A stretch of 61,401 bases of DNA, filler included, from Dugesia japonica (taxonomy: Eukaryota): assembly GCA_001938525.1 (NCBI GenBank). It is 5 parts of 5 records of this genome, joined end to end, with 100 filler letters (N's around TTAATTAATTAA, not from the genome) between each part and the next. Parts side by side here need not be neighbours in the genome. Positions count along the whole stretch, not along the records: positions 44,414 to 52,867 come from MQRL01341198.1; positions 52,968 to 61,401 come from MQRL01647123.1; 3 more parts are not named here. One strand, 5' to 3'. The position numbers and the translations under genes are program-made. The notes under the pieces were generated by a model. The model made no database searches. It saw nothing but the letters and a program-made list of their open reading frames with translations, and was not told where the DNA came from. Shown here in pieces: positions 48,659-61,401 of this stretch; position 1 is the stretch's first letter, and every line of letters starts with the position of its first letter.

Positions 48659-49960
48659 CGAGGGCTGTTTGAAAAGTTTTGAAAATGAAAAGAATTAAAC
48701 AACATTTATTGTTCAAAAATCACATTAATTTTTTTACAAAATCTCTTTTTAGCTGAATACATTTAGTCCAACGTTTTTCTAGTAACTGGATACCTTGTTT
48801 GTAATGATTTTCATCAAGGCTTGCAAAATAGCTGTCTACAGCATCAATTTCTTCTTGATTGTCACGAAAACGCTTTTCAGATAAAAATTTTTTCAGGTTT
48901 GGGAAAAGAAAGAAGTCTGTTTGAGCAAAATCAAATGAATAGGGTGGATAGTCAAGGAAGTCGTACTTCAACTCATTGAGTTTTGTCATGGTCAAAGTGT
49001 TTTTGTAAGCAGTTGCATTGTCTGGCAGACAAATGATTTTTTTTCTTCTGCAAACCTAGTCGTTTTTTCCGAATTTTGTCATCCAATTAGTCCAATATGT
49101 TTACATAATACTGGGAGTTGATTGATTTTCCATTATCAAGGTAATTTAATAACAAAATTATTTTTGCATTCCAAAATACAGATGTCATAACCTTCTCTGC
49201 TGATAAAACCATCTTGGCTTTCTTTAGTGCATTTGAACCAGCGTTCATCCACTGTATTTGTCTCTGGTGTGTAGTGGTGGATCCAGGCTTCATCAATAGT
49301 TACAAGAAGACCCATAAAATCCGTTTTATTATGATTAAATCTGTCCAGACATGATAGAAAAAATTGCATTCAAATGCGCTTTTCATCGATTGTTAGCAGA
49401 TGCGGTACCCATCTTGCACAAAGCTTTTTCATCTTCAAATCTTCATACAAAATATATCTAATATATATCTAAAATATATAGTATATCTAAAATGACTGTG
49501 GCAGAAGCTATTTCTCTAACCTTTATCCGTCGATCAGCCAACACAATATCATGTATTTCTTGTATGATTTGTGGTTTTGTCGCGCTTTTTGGGCGTCCAC
49601 TGCGTAGATCATTTTCAATCATGGTATGACCACGTCAAAACTTTAAAGCCTATCTGTAAACTGTTGAAAAAGAAGGAGCACCTTTTTTTAATACTTTGAG
49701 CATCTTTGTATGGATTTCCGTTGTAGATAATCCTACCAGAACAAAGAATTTTATGATCGCTCTATATTCAATTTTTTCCATTTTAATATAAATGCCTGCA
49801 AGTTAAATTAAAATAAGTAATTTAAACAAATGACTTTACTTATATGAATGCTATTATAAATATGTTAGTATTAAAGATGAAATATTAAAATGGCTTATAA
49901 ATTTTTGTTATACTGGAAAAATTAACCCTGTCGTTTTCAAAACCTTTCAAACCACCCATG
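48659..49960 (-). mobile_element. full-length mariner (irritans/Himar-like), disrupted
   Basis: Imperfect TIRs CGAGGGCTGTTTGAAAAGTTTTGAAAA / TTTTCAAAACCTTTCAAACCACCCATG with TA flanks; MEKIEYRAIIKFF, RSGRPK, VTIDEAWIHHYTPET, YPPYSFDFAQTDFFLF. Confidence 0.92.
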
Positions 49961-51228
49961 TATATGCAATAAAAATGTCAAGTATAAAAGAGCATGCATT
50001 TGTGCAGCAAAATTGAACAATAATTTAAAAACATCAAACATACACACACTGGCACACAATGTCACCAGAACAATATCAAATCAAATTGAAAACATTAGGT
50101 ACAAACTACATTTCTTCACATTGTAAAAAAAGCTTGAGGATATTTTGATTTAAAAGTAATACAAAGTTATAATCTTGAAGAAGATAATTATCAAAAATTT
50201 GAAGATAAAAAGAAATTTGTTTTCATTTATGCTTTTAAAATTTAATTTAAATAATTATAATAATAAAATGATAATAATATTAATAAAAATTATTATTATA
50301 AAAAAATAATAAATATCATTATTAATACTAATAAATACTAATCTTAATAAAAAATAATAATAAAATATAATTTTATTTTTTATCTATAGGTTAAAAAATA
50401 TAATTTTATTTTTTTAAATAATAATAAATAATATTAAAATAGTTATATTTTGAATGGATGCAAAATATTGCTTACATATTACGCTATGGAAAATAATTAA
50501 AAATGTGATTATGCTGAGTAATTTGAGAATGAGTACATATTATCGTTTAAGAGGGGTTTTATCAGTATCATTACCCATGTTAAATGTCACTGTTTTTCTA
50601 TTTTATTATTATAATAGCACTTAAAAATTTTAAGTGTGATAATTATTCATGAAAAAATTATTAACACGTGAACTGCATATATTATTTCATTTATTTGTGT
50701 AGTTATATGATATACAAAAATCAACGATCTTTAACCCCATCAAACCGGGCAATACTTTTCATATCGCGAGTACCATAAAATAAAATCATGTATAAACATT
50801 AATTAAGTTAATCATGGAAATATCGTTCAAAAACGTATTGGAAGGTAAATCGAATGGTTTCGTCACCTAAAATAAAATTTCTAAAGATGCTAAAACTCAG
50901 TTGAATGTTGAAGATTTCTCCAAAAATCTAAATTTAAATCAAAACCAACATCGTTTTTACTAATGTTTTCTATGTAGCAAATCATAAACTGAAAAACAAT
51001 TAGCAATTCTAGACATTTTCTTTAATTTTCTCGCGGCACCTGAGTTTTCCAACAACACCATAGATATTTATATTTTAACCAATATTTTTATATTTTTCAG
51101 AAGTGTTTTTTGTAAAATTATCCTTTATTAACATTTATTTAATAATTTTATTTTTTTTTTAACTAATTACAAATATTAGAGAATCAAATAATGAATAAAT
51201 ATTAATTATAATTAAATATGGTATTTAG

Positions 51229-51530
51229 TTCCAGATTCCAGAATGGTTATGCAATTGTTCGACAAAATATCAAGGAATTCCACTAAAAAATGACGTAGCG
51301 AATTCATTAATCAATGAGAATTTATCCATTTCCGTATCCATTAAATCAATATTTGCCTCGAGCACAGGTTGTACACACAGATGGCCAACAATTATGATTT
51401 TTATCACAGACAACAAATTATCCTCTTTATCCGGTTGTAAAAGACTGAAACTATGGAATTTACTTCATGAATATTTACCTGGTCACGTTACTCAACTTAG
51501 ATTCGAAGAGGATATTCCGAATTTGTTTAA
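51229..51530 (+). CDS. exon of a DUF885-like (HExxPGH) gene
   Basis: TTTAG acceptor, 100 stop-free codons, GTAATT donor; LLHEYLPGHVTQL resembles DUF885 HEAxPGHHxQ. Confidence 0.5.
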
Positions 51531-52804
51531 GTAATTTAATTTTGATGATAAAATATCAAACTATGCATAATAAATGNNNNNNNNNNNNNNNNNNNNNNNN
51601 NNNNNNNNNNNNNNNNNNNNNNNNNNNNNNNNNNNNNNNNNNNNNNNNNNNNNNNNNNNNNNNNNNNNNNNNNNNNNNNNNNNNNNNNNNNNNNNNNNNN
51701 NNNNNNNNNNNNNNNNNNNNNNNNNNNNNNNNNNNNNNNNNNNNNNNNNNNNNNNNNNNNNNNNNNTCATAGTCCATTGTATCCTGCAGCTAATGATATA
51801 GTTAATCTATTTAACTCAAATAGTTCAATACAAACCATTTACATAGTTAATTACATACACTTGTTTGTGTACACAAATACATGCATTTCAATCAATTTAC
51901 ATAATACCTTCAATAAAATAGTCTTTTTTCATTGTCACATATACTAATTTCATTAAACATACAATTTTCATTAAGCCGTATACAATCATCAATAAAATAA
52001 GATATAAGTTCAACTTATATAAATGAAACAAATATACAATTAATTATTTACCAGTTTCATTAAGACTTTATCAAATATATAGACTACATTTTAAAAGACA
52101 TGCAAATTTCATTAGGCTATATAAAATTTTTGTTGATTTACGTAAAATTTCGACAAATATAAATTAAATTCAATAAGTCTCTAGCGATTTCATTAAAATA
52201 TAAGTAAAAAAATCTATATAAATTATAGACTCATGTTATTAAGATTTATGTAAATTTTCTTAAGTTCTATAAATGCATTAATAGATATAAAATAAAACCA
52301 ATAAGTCATACACTAATTTCATTAAAATCTATACAAACTTCGCAATTATTGAAAGACACAATAATTGCTCGATGTATTTACATAATATCGATTTATTTAT
52401 AAGGTAAAATTGTTAATAATTTTATAGACCAGTATCACATTATTTAATGATTATTTGTAAATTATCGACAACGTTTAGTTTATTTAAGTTAATAAATAGA
52501 GCGAAATACTAAAATACAAAACAAAAGATAGTATTTAAGAAATTTTTGTAAATTGTAAATAAAGAAAAGTAATAGTTTAATATAAATTATTTTCATAAAT
52601 ATTTATTTAATTTTATTATTTGTATTTGGAAAATTCATTTAGATTTTAAACATAAAATTTGAAACCTGTTTTAATGAAAATTTTCTCTCATTCACATTTT
52701 ATGTAAAGCTAATTTTTGAATTGACAACAATGTGACTGATGTCACTCAATGGGAATTTCAATAAATTAATTTCATAATTTTTACTATAAAATAAAAATTT
52801 TATT

Positions 52805-52823
52805 ATAATAATAATAATAATAA

Positions 52824-52867
<44 letters not shown>
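52805..52867. repeat. (TAA)/(TTA)n microsatellite at a contig end
   Basis: Trinucleotide runs. Confidence 0.9.
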
Positions 52868-53106
52868 NNNNNNNNNNNNNNNNNNNNNNNNNNNNNNNNN
52901 NNNNNNNNNNNTTAATTAATTAANNNNNNNNNNNNNNNNNNNNNNNNNNNNNNNNNNNNNNNNNNNNAAATGTTTTCATTAATAAAATCATTTGTAACGT
53001 AATTATATCTTTCTAATAGTAGTAATAGTAATTTTTATTATTACTATAATTTATTTCATTAAAATAAAACCTTTGATCAAAATTTGTTTATTTGGTTTTT
53101 GATAAT

Positions 53107-53179
53107 AATTCCATATTTTGACTTTGTCTTCGTCAGGAATTGACTTTCCCTGACGAAGACAAAGTAGAAATATAGAATT
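53107..53179. ncRNA. inverted pair of Penelope-type hammerhead motifs (degenerate)
   Basis: Minus copy 53107-53141 (GAAA changed to AAAA) and plus copy 53146-53179, both near-identical to 21468-21502. Confidence 0.6.
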
Positions 53180-53342
53180 ACTATCAAAAACCCAAAAAAA
53201 CCAAATTATGATCAAAGCTTTTATTTTAATGAATCCTGAAAAAATGATCAATGATTATGTTCAACAATTATTTTTGCAATAATTGTAATTATAAAAAAAA
53301 TAATAATTTATTTATTTAATTTTTATTAATATGTTCTTACAG

Positions 53343-53530
53343 AATAAAAAAAATGTTAAACGTTGACAAATTTACAGTGCCAGTTAAATTATGTCTACCA
53401 CGAACTGCCTACATCAATATTATTTCAAGAATACATAAGAAATATATTTAAGAAGGAAAAGTCATTAAACCTATATAAAGGTGTTTTCATTTATGCTGAA
53501 TTGGAATTGCCTTGTCAAAACTAAATATAA
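53343..53530 (+). pseudogene. disrupted downstream exon of the DUF885-like gene
   Basis: TTACAG acceptor, phase matches 51530; PRTAYI then KGVFIYAE (cf. TAYxEGWxLYAE) separated by extra sequence and a stop. Confidence 0.4.
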
Positions 53531-54728
53531 TCCCACGAATTTATTGAAAGAAATGAAAAAACTAGAATTAAAATATCTGGAACTTTAATTCAAGAAATAG
53601 AAAATTAAGAAAATTGTAACATGTATTAAATCAGATAAATTATTTTATCAATTCTTTCTTTTGAAGTTATTGACATGATTAGTAAAAACATTGAATCTAA
53701 AGTGCTGATATATGACAATACTTTTAAACAAGAATATAAAGAGAATAATTATGAAAGGTTATAATTTGATAATTTAGTGTCTGTTAAGTCTTATAAGTTT
53801 TCATTGTCTAGGGACATATTACATTTTAAATAATCGTATTTAATATCGAATCCTTTGTAGATGAAATATAATCTGTAAAATTGTCTGTGGGTTTTAATTT
53901 TCAAAATTAAAAATATATTTGTCGGATTTATATTCAAAGTTTGATTTAAATTGAAATAGATATTAGAAATCATTTTAAATAAATAATACTTTTCATATAA
54001 TTAATATTTGAATATAAAAAATAATTAATAAATATTATTTAATTTAATATTATATTATTAATTAATAAATAATTATTTTATAATTACTTACAAAAAAATT
54101 AAAATCTTTTAAATTTTGTAATTCTACTTTATATATTTTTATAAATTCTTCAAAATAAAAATGAAATTCCTAATTGAAATTGGTAGAATTCTCATTACTA
54201 GCTAACAATAAACTAAAAATAAAATTTAAAAAATCGCTTAATTAACATAAATGTTTGCAGAATTTATTAAAGAATTACAAAATCTACAACACATGATTTT
54301 TTTAAAAGTTTCTTTTTAATGAAATTCATTATTTCTGTACATTCTCTAAGATTCAATTGTAATTATGAAGTAATTATTTACGTAATACTGCAGTTCTTAT
54401 GGGACATTATATTAATTACTCTCGTTAGAAAACTGAGTTTTTGAAATCATTTTTCTGAATTCCTAAAACTTGTGCATTAATAATCAAAACTTCAAATTTT
54501 TTGAATGACATTATAATTTATATAATTATCAGAGTTTTAATAGTTATTTACTGTCATAATGAAACTTTTGAAATTGTTTTAAATTTCAAATATAATCAAA
54601 GATAATGAAACATAAAATTATTTGTAATATACAAATATCGTATTGTTGGTCTTGAATGAGTCAACAATTGATAGTAATGAAAAAGAGATTATTATTAAAA
54701 GAGTGAATTAATTACTATACTAAGTGTA

Positions 54729-55500
54729 CAGGTAAATTATTCGAATTTGTAATCAAGGACATCGCGATTAATTCAAGAGAAACAAACAAAAGTACTTTGT
54801 TCTAAGAAATTTTCATCGTGAACTGCACATTTCCCATCTTTTATGTAATTTGTAAGTACCGGGCTAGGAGAACGTTTCTTGTTTTGAGGCCAACCGTTCA
54901 AAGATCCATTTTTATGTTCTGCTTCCAAGCTTTAAACATTTGTTTTGTAGTCATAAAACAAAATTATTTTGCCATGTCTTCTTGTCAATTACAGTCACTT
55001 TGCAATCAAAGAGTGATTCAAATATTATTATTTGTGGTCGGTAGTTATTAATATAAACCCTATCACTTTGTTTTAGCGGCTCATGATACACAATATCTTT
55101 CTTATTCCACGCAGAGCATTGCATTTTAGCAGAAAGGATTTGGCTCTGTAATTGGTATTGACAGTTGATCTGGAGAAACCCGTGATATTGTGTGTTTTAC
55201 ATTCAAAAGTAAGTCTACTTTTCATCTTCTAATACAATTTAATTAAAAAGGACTAGATTTGATGCCGGTAAAGCAAAGTGTTTGCAATTTCTATTAATAA
55301 ATTTGTGTCAAAAGTTTGTTTAATACAAATTTCGTTTTTCACAAATTCTTATGATTTCGGTGTATAAGNCTTTCATTCATTAGTCAAAGAATAATTTGCT
55401 TGAATAAACCGGTGAATAAAACTTTGTATAAAGTATTGAGTAAGACTATGTATAGAGTTATCTGTGATATTATGTTCCTCATCATGTTTACTGGATGTTG
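54729..55500 (-). pseudogene. possible pogo/Tigger-like remnant
   Basis: TA|CAGGTAAA terminus and weak DDE_1-like peptides only. Confidence 0.25.
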
Positions 55501-56299
55501 GTATTACTATATTGTTATACATAGAATACTTTGCTTGTTGCATTCAAAACCTAAAAGGTTGCATTTACGTTAACGATAAGTAGTATTTATTATTGATAAT
55601 AATTTCTTGTTATTGCGTTACACACCAAACCGTCAACCGCGTAACTATTCCTAGTCACCCCCTTGCCTGATATTTATGATGTCCGTCCTACAAAGCGTGC
55701 GAGACACGTCGTGCAACAGAGACAATGGGCTACAGTCGTGAAGTTAGCCGATTATCTTTCTATAAAGCCATCCGGCTCTGTAGGAAGTGTCATCACTTAT
55801 CATCTTATTTTATTTTATCAACATGCTATTTTGCTTTATTGATTTTTTTGAAATAATTAAAGTTTAGATTAAAGATTTCAGATTTTTTTTTGAAATTGAT
55901 TATTTTCTGAAATTAATAAAATTGGTTTTACAATTGCAATTATTACGAGAATAATTGTTGGACTTAACCATTGATCGTTTTATAGAATTCATTTAANNNN
56001 NNNNNNNNNNNNNNNNNNNNNNNNNNNNNNNNNNNNNNNNNNNNNNNNNNNNNNNNNNNNNNNNNNNNNNNNNNNNNNNNNNNNNNNNNNNNNNNNNNNN
56101 NNNNNNNNNNNNNNNNNNNNNNNNNATCGAATTGTTATCCAATATCAATAATTAAAACCTAAATTTTGATCAAAGCTTTTATATTAAATGAATTAATAAA
56201 ATTTGGTTAACAAATTTCACTGTTTTTATTTGAAATTGATTTTTCCTGAAATAATTAATTCAATTTATTTTAATTTTATTCTTTTTTTCCAGCGTAGTA

Positions 56300-56900
56300 C
56301 AAATACCATTGCATTATCCATCAGCAGGGATTGTGCTCAAAAATATTACATTCAGATGTCATGATGAATTTAATTACATTCAAAATATTTAATTCTATTT
56401 GTGGATGCATTTTGTAAAGATGCAAAATAAGCGCATTACTAGAGGAGTATGAATATAATCCCTGGGAACTTCTATTACACACTGATGTAAGATGGCTAAG
56501 TTGTACTAAGCTTTTAGAAAGATTCATTGATTTTTTCTTAAAATAAAATAATTTATGGCAACTGTTAATAAATCATATTTTCAATTGAAAGATGATAAGT
56601 GGGTGGGTGACCTTGCATTTCTTTCTGACGTTACTGGAAAACTAAATGAATTAAATTTGCAACTTTAAGTAAAGAACAAAACATTAACTGAAATGTTGAA
56701 CTATGTGCATGCATTCAAGAGGAAACTTACATTCACAGAAGTGCAATTGGTGAGAGGAGATTTAAATCTGCTAAATTTACAAATAAAAGCTCATATGAAT
56801 ACGATTAATATACTAATAAGATGTCTATGGAACGAAAGTAATTTAATACAAATTTACAGATATTTCAAAAATAGAGGATATAATATTTTTCATTTTTATC
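56300..56900 (+). pseudogene. hAT transposase remnant (GTF2IRD2/EPM2AIP1/Buster-like)
   Basis: HCIIHQQGLC, HTDVRWLS, DLAFLSDVTGKLNELNLQL, VHAFKRKL. Confidence 0.85.
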
Positions 56901-56949
56901 ATAGATGAAACGGGAAGCATAGAAACATCTTTGGTATGAACTTTAGGAA

Positions 56950-57990
56950 GTCCATAAATTTTCGCAGGTTGTGAACGTAATTTCTCAAATATATCTTTAG
57001 TAATGTTTTTATTTTTTTAGCAATTTATTAAGAAAAGAAATCAAATATTCCTCATCTTTCAAAGGGGGAAATTTATGATTTTTTCGCAAAGGATCCGTTT
57101 TCAAAAATTGAGATCTATTTAAATAGATAATAATTTATCAATATAATCCTTATGATTCAGAATAACGAAGCTATTACCTTTATCAAATTTACAAACCTTA
57201 ATATTTTTTGATGATAAATCTTTCAGAATTAAAAAATCTTTATTATCTTGTTTATTATTTTTCGATAAATAGTTCATAGTAAATAATTCTCGTGCACTTT
57301 TATCAAAGCAGATAAGAGTCTAAATAAATTAATTGAATTACTTCATAATAATTGTTATTCTATATTGTTTATTGACAAATTAGTCTATGAAACTTTGTAT
57401 AAATTAAATACTAATTTGTCTGGTGCTGACATATCTGTAGTTGTAGAAACAAATCCTAATCTTTACCTCATTTTGATGGTTTTAAAAAATTTAAACTTTC
57501 AATTGAAAATGCTCTTAAGGATATTTTAAATTTAAAAGTTGTATTTCAATCTCATAAGGTTATAAATATGTAATAAATTTATAGCCATTTTAGACTTGTG
57601 CTCTTATCTGGTTTATCAATTTAAATGTTATGGGTGTAACACCACATACATTGGAGAGACTTCCAGTCATCTCTACACCAGAGTTCAAGAGCATAGTTGA
57701 AATAGTAATATTGTTGAGAATCAGAAAAAAATTTATAAAATCAATAGGGTTTTCTGATTTTGAATATTTTCGCAGCAGATTTATTAATTATTGAGAGAGA
57801 GTGATGTGTGAAGCTTTGTTGATAAGGGCAATACATCCTAAAATTAATGTTCAGTTGACGGATTCACCATCGTTCTTAAAATTATTTTATTGATTATGTA
57901 TTGAGATTACATAATTGAAATATTATAATCATTGAAACTTTATAAATAGTTTTTTTTTTAATAATCATTAATTACCTGATGATGTAATAA
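56950..57990 (+). pseudogene. second Penelope-like remnant (GIY-YIG)
   Basis: VYQFKCYGC...YIGETSSHLYTRVQEH...EALLIRAIHPKINVQL. Confidence 0.75.
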
Positions 57991-58399
57991 AATATTCTAT
58001 GATTCATTTCTATGATATTCATTAATTTATATAATAATTTTTTAGTTTTTTTGTCAATTATTAAATTTTTTTATATAACGTATACAGACAACAAAATTCA
58101 GTAATTAGCTATTTATTTCATTGTTTCCCAGTCTTTTTTAATCTATCTCTCAACTAAGCCTCTATAAAATTCAAATGTCCCACATTCTCCCTTTAAGCTT
58201 TAATCATCATTTACATTCAGTAAAATTAAACTCAAAATGTTAGTGTCTGGAAATTATAACAAATAATTTGTCTATTGTGTTTATCAATGAATCTACTCTG
58301 CAACAGGGAGCAGAAGTTATTATATTTCAGGCTTACACAACTCTGAGAGGGTATCAAAAAGCTTAAACTTCAAAATTAGTTCATTTTCAAATTCTATGG

Positions 58400-58663
58400 C
58401 TTAGTGTGAAGGGGGAATATTATTCTCTTGGCACCACTCGCTGAGGGATACCAAATAGTTCCCAAGACAAACAAGAATGTCAGCGTCCAAAAAAAAATTT
58501 AAGTTTTTTGGCAAAGAGTCTGCGATCGATAAAGTTTGTGAACCACTGCTATATATTATATGAATTTTCTGGAGGTGGGAAGGTCTCCAAAAATGTATTG
58601 TGCTCTGGGCGACAGTTATACTCCCTACGCCACTATTCAAATTGCCCTACGTTGGGAAACACT
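58400..58663. mobile_element. hAT-type terminal fragment
   Basis: Ends in GTTGGGAAACACTG, the reverse complement of CAGTGTTTCCCAAC (a Charlie/hAT-type TIR). Confidence 0.4.
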
Positions 58664-60587
58664 GATTTAATTGTTAAATACAATTGAAATTAAATTAAAT
58701 CAAAAATAGGTGTTTTTTGTATTTTTAGCCAATTATGTCAGAGTATTTTCATTATTAATTTTGTTATTGTTAACACACTGAAGATTGTTAATAATATAAA
58801 ATTATATATAAATTATTGGATTAATATTATTTAAAAAAATTTAAAAATCAGAATGAACATAATAAAACAGAACACTATATTTTTTAATAAACAGTAAAAT
58901 TAAATATTTTTTTCTTTTAGAAAAATTAAACTAGATAAAAGATAAAAACATTTTAATAAATTTATTCAATTAAAATTCACCATTATTACTTATTCTATTA
59001 TTCAAACTCTAAACAATTAATTATTATACAAACCTAAAATTGTTTTAAACGTTTTTCTCTTAAAATAATGTGTAATAGAATATTATGAATTTAATAAAAC
59101 AATAATAAATTCCAAAAAATACCCAATTTTAATCCATTTTTCTAAATGTCTTCTCTTGTTATCTATATCATTTTGGCTGTAGATATGCAATGATAATTTA
59201 GACTAGAATGTAAAAAAACAAAATTAAATTATTTCATATTTTAAGTTGTTGGCATCTTGTAATTTTCCCATTATTATAATTATTTATATTTACAAATTTC
59301 CTGTTAAATCGTTTATTCATTATTTATAATAAAATATATTTAACTGTAAATCTTTTATTTTTTGTTAGCTGGAAAATCTCAGAAAATTATTTAATTTATT
59401 GGAGTTTGTGTTATGACTTCAAATACCAATAAATAATCAAATTTCATATATTTATTTGAATTAATTAGTAACTAGATAGTGTAACACTGCAACACATCAA
59501 CCCCTCCTCTCGCTAGACAATCCGATTTCAAGAAAACGTTTTGATAGGTCTACACTAAAACAGAAGGCACAACCCTCTTCATACTTATTTTGAAAAAAAA
59601 TGTTTTTATTTTGGTTGGATCTATAACCCTTGTTTCAGACAGCCAGCCACATTTTGAAACCATTTTTCAAATGATTTTGATTGGTCTGCTTTAAATAATA
59701 AATTCTAATTGGTCAAAATATACTTCTGGCATGCACACACAATTTTAAATGAACATTAATGTCAATTAAATGTGAAAATACGAATAATGAATTAGTTAAA
59801 AAGATAATTTTGTTTTGTTTCAAGAAATTTATATTTTATTATGTGAATACATGTTGAACGGTTACTGATTTATGAGCTTTTGTAAATAACTAATTATATT
59901 ATTTGATGTATAAATAATTAAACAAATTTAAGGTTATGTAAGATATAAGTTGTTTATAATATTTCAATATTTGTAACGATTTTCTCTATTGTGGCATTTC
60001 TACAGAATAGATTTACAATATTTTATATTATATTTCATTCAATAGTTGTAAATTTTTCTGAAAACGTAAACACTAAATATTGATTGAGAAAAGAATTCAA
60101 ATTAAAGATGAAAGAGTTTTTAAATTTTATTATTATACTTTGGCAGTTAGTTTTGAAAAATAATATATAGTCTAAAAACAAACAAAGAAAGTCACCAATG
60201 TGAATTACTGACAAATCTCCGACAAGTTTGAGGTTTTTTTTTGTTCTTTTCTCATTTTTTATTTTTAATGTATTACTTTTTGTTTGTTTTCTTTTTGAAT
60301 ATTTATTTCATTCGTGTTTATGTTATTTTTTTTATTTTATTTGTGGAAAGAAAAGTTTAAAGAAGCCTGTTTAAAATTTGTTTTTCCATTTCTAATTTTC
60401 AGTAATGTAATGTGAAATTTAAATGTGATTGTAAAAATGAAGTTATAAATAAGAATGACATTTTCAGAATTTGTTAGTTTTAAGTGTGACTTGTGAAAAA
60501 TTATCAAAGTGAAATTATTAATTAGAAATTTATTATGGAAATTTCTTTTTAGAAATGTTCCTTGTTCAACAGTGAATTATGTATGAG

Positions 60588-61365
60588 CAGCGACGGATCC
60601 ATGAATTTTTCATGGGGGCAGGCGATATTAAAATAATTACGTCATTTATTATATAATCGGTCTGGAATTCAATTTTTAGTTTAAATAAAGTGAAATTAAC
60701 GATTTTTCGTTTATATTTACTAAAATTAATTTTTAATTAACTTTCACGGAAATCCAGTAAAAACGTTTATTAGGTTTAAATATTTAATTTTTTAAAAATA
60801 AAATTAAATATTTTCAAAATGAAGAAATTTAACTAAGACCAAAAATGTTTTTTTTTAATTTTTTACGGTTAAAAATTTTAAAACTTTAATTTTCTTCGAT
60901 CCATCTATTCAATAGAAAAATTTATGCTGAGTAAGAATAACACGGGTAAAAATCGCCAAAACGTATTCTCGAGGAAATAAATAGAAATAACAGTAAAATA
61001 ACAAACAATGGATTTCTATAAAAAGTTAATTTTTTTAAAAAAATTTATTTAATTTATCATTTTTAGTATTTAATATAGTTTTACAGTATATATATATATA
61101 GAGAGATTATCCCATATTACTAAACTAAAATTTCAAACCGAATTTCTAAACCATTTTGTAATCCTGTGATAAGGTTTAGTTCACCACTATCTATCTACTT
61201 TAGTTTTAATCTACAATTATTTTTATCTTATTCATTACAAATTTTTTATACTACTATCCTAATATTCACGTGGATAGTTCGCTGCTTATCATTATATAAC
61301 TTTTTCGAAATCCTGTTATGGGAGGGCCGATCGCCCCCATCACCTCCCCTGTGTATCCGTCTTTT
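60588..61365. mobile_element. hAT-like MITE
   Basis: CAGCGACGGATCC / GTATCCGTC ends with GC-rich subtermini; 8-bp flanks TGTATGAG / TGTGTAAG match 6/8. Confidence 0.5.
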
Positions 61366-61401
61366 TGTGTAAGTGTTATTTTTAATAATTTAACAGACTA
61401 A

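Noticed and set aside
59480-59760. LTR/polypurine-tract remnant (also the GC-richer blocks 10770-11040 and 55620-55800)
   Set aside because: No paired LTR, TSD or coding support in the window.

Overview
Very AT-rich, intron-containing eukaryotic (probably invertebrate) draft scaffold. It is made of five contigs joined by artificial 100-bp N/TTAATTAATTAA spacers. Most of the window is decayed transposons: several mariners, two rosa/DD41D Tc1-mariners, Merlin, MULE, hAT, pogo-like, Ty3/gypsy, Penelope-like elements with hammerhead ribozyme motifs, and a possible RTE LINE. It also holds a 3-exon host gene of unknown function (- strand, 17077-21982) and DUF885-like exons (+ strand, 51229-53530). 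The main feature is an 11.3-kb contig (24361-35715) that is entirely a Maverick/Polinton (adintovirus-type) endogenous virus. It encodes major capsid, penton, A32-like packaging ATPase, adenain protease, rve integrase, a parvovirus-type PLA2, a membrane hairpin protein, a PZ-like protein and a fibre-like protein with three ~140-aa repeats. No pPolB or terminal repeats are visible. The zinc finger, PLA2 and integrase lie in one reading frame broken only by a single TGA, with adenovirus-protease consensus sites at both domain junctions, which suggests a processed polyprotein. A sense-strand AATCCATAAA(GGAA) motif recurs at several gene junctions. A second, divergent and more decayed Maverick fragment lies at 42775-44312. 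All family calls come from recognising motifs by eye; no searches were run.
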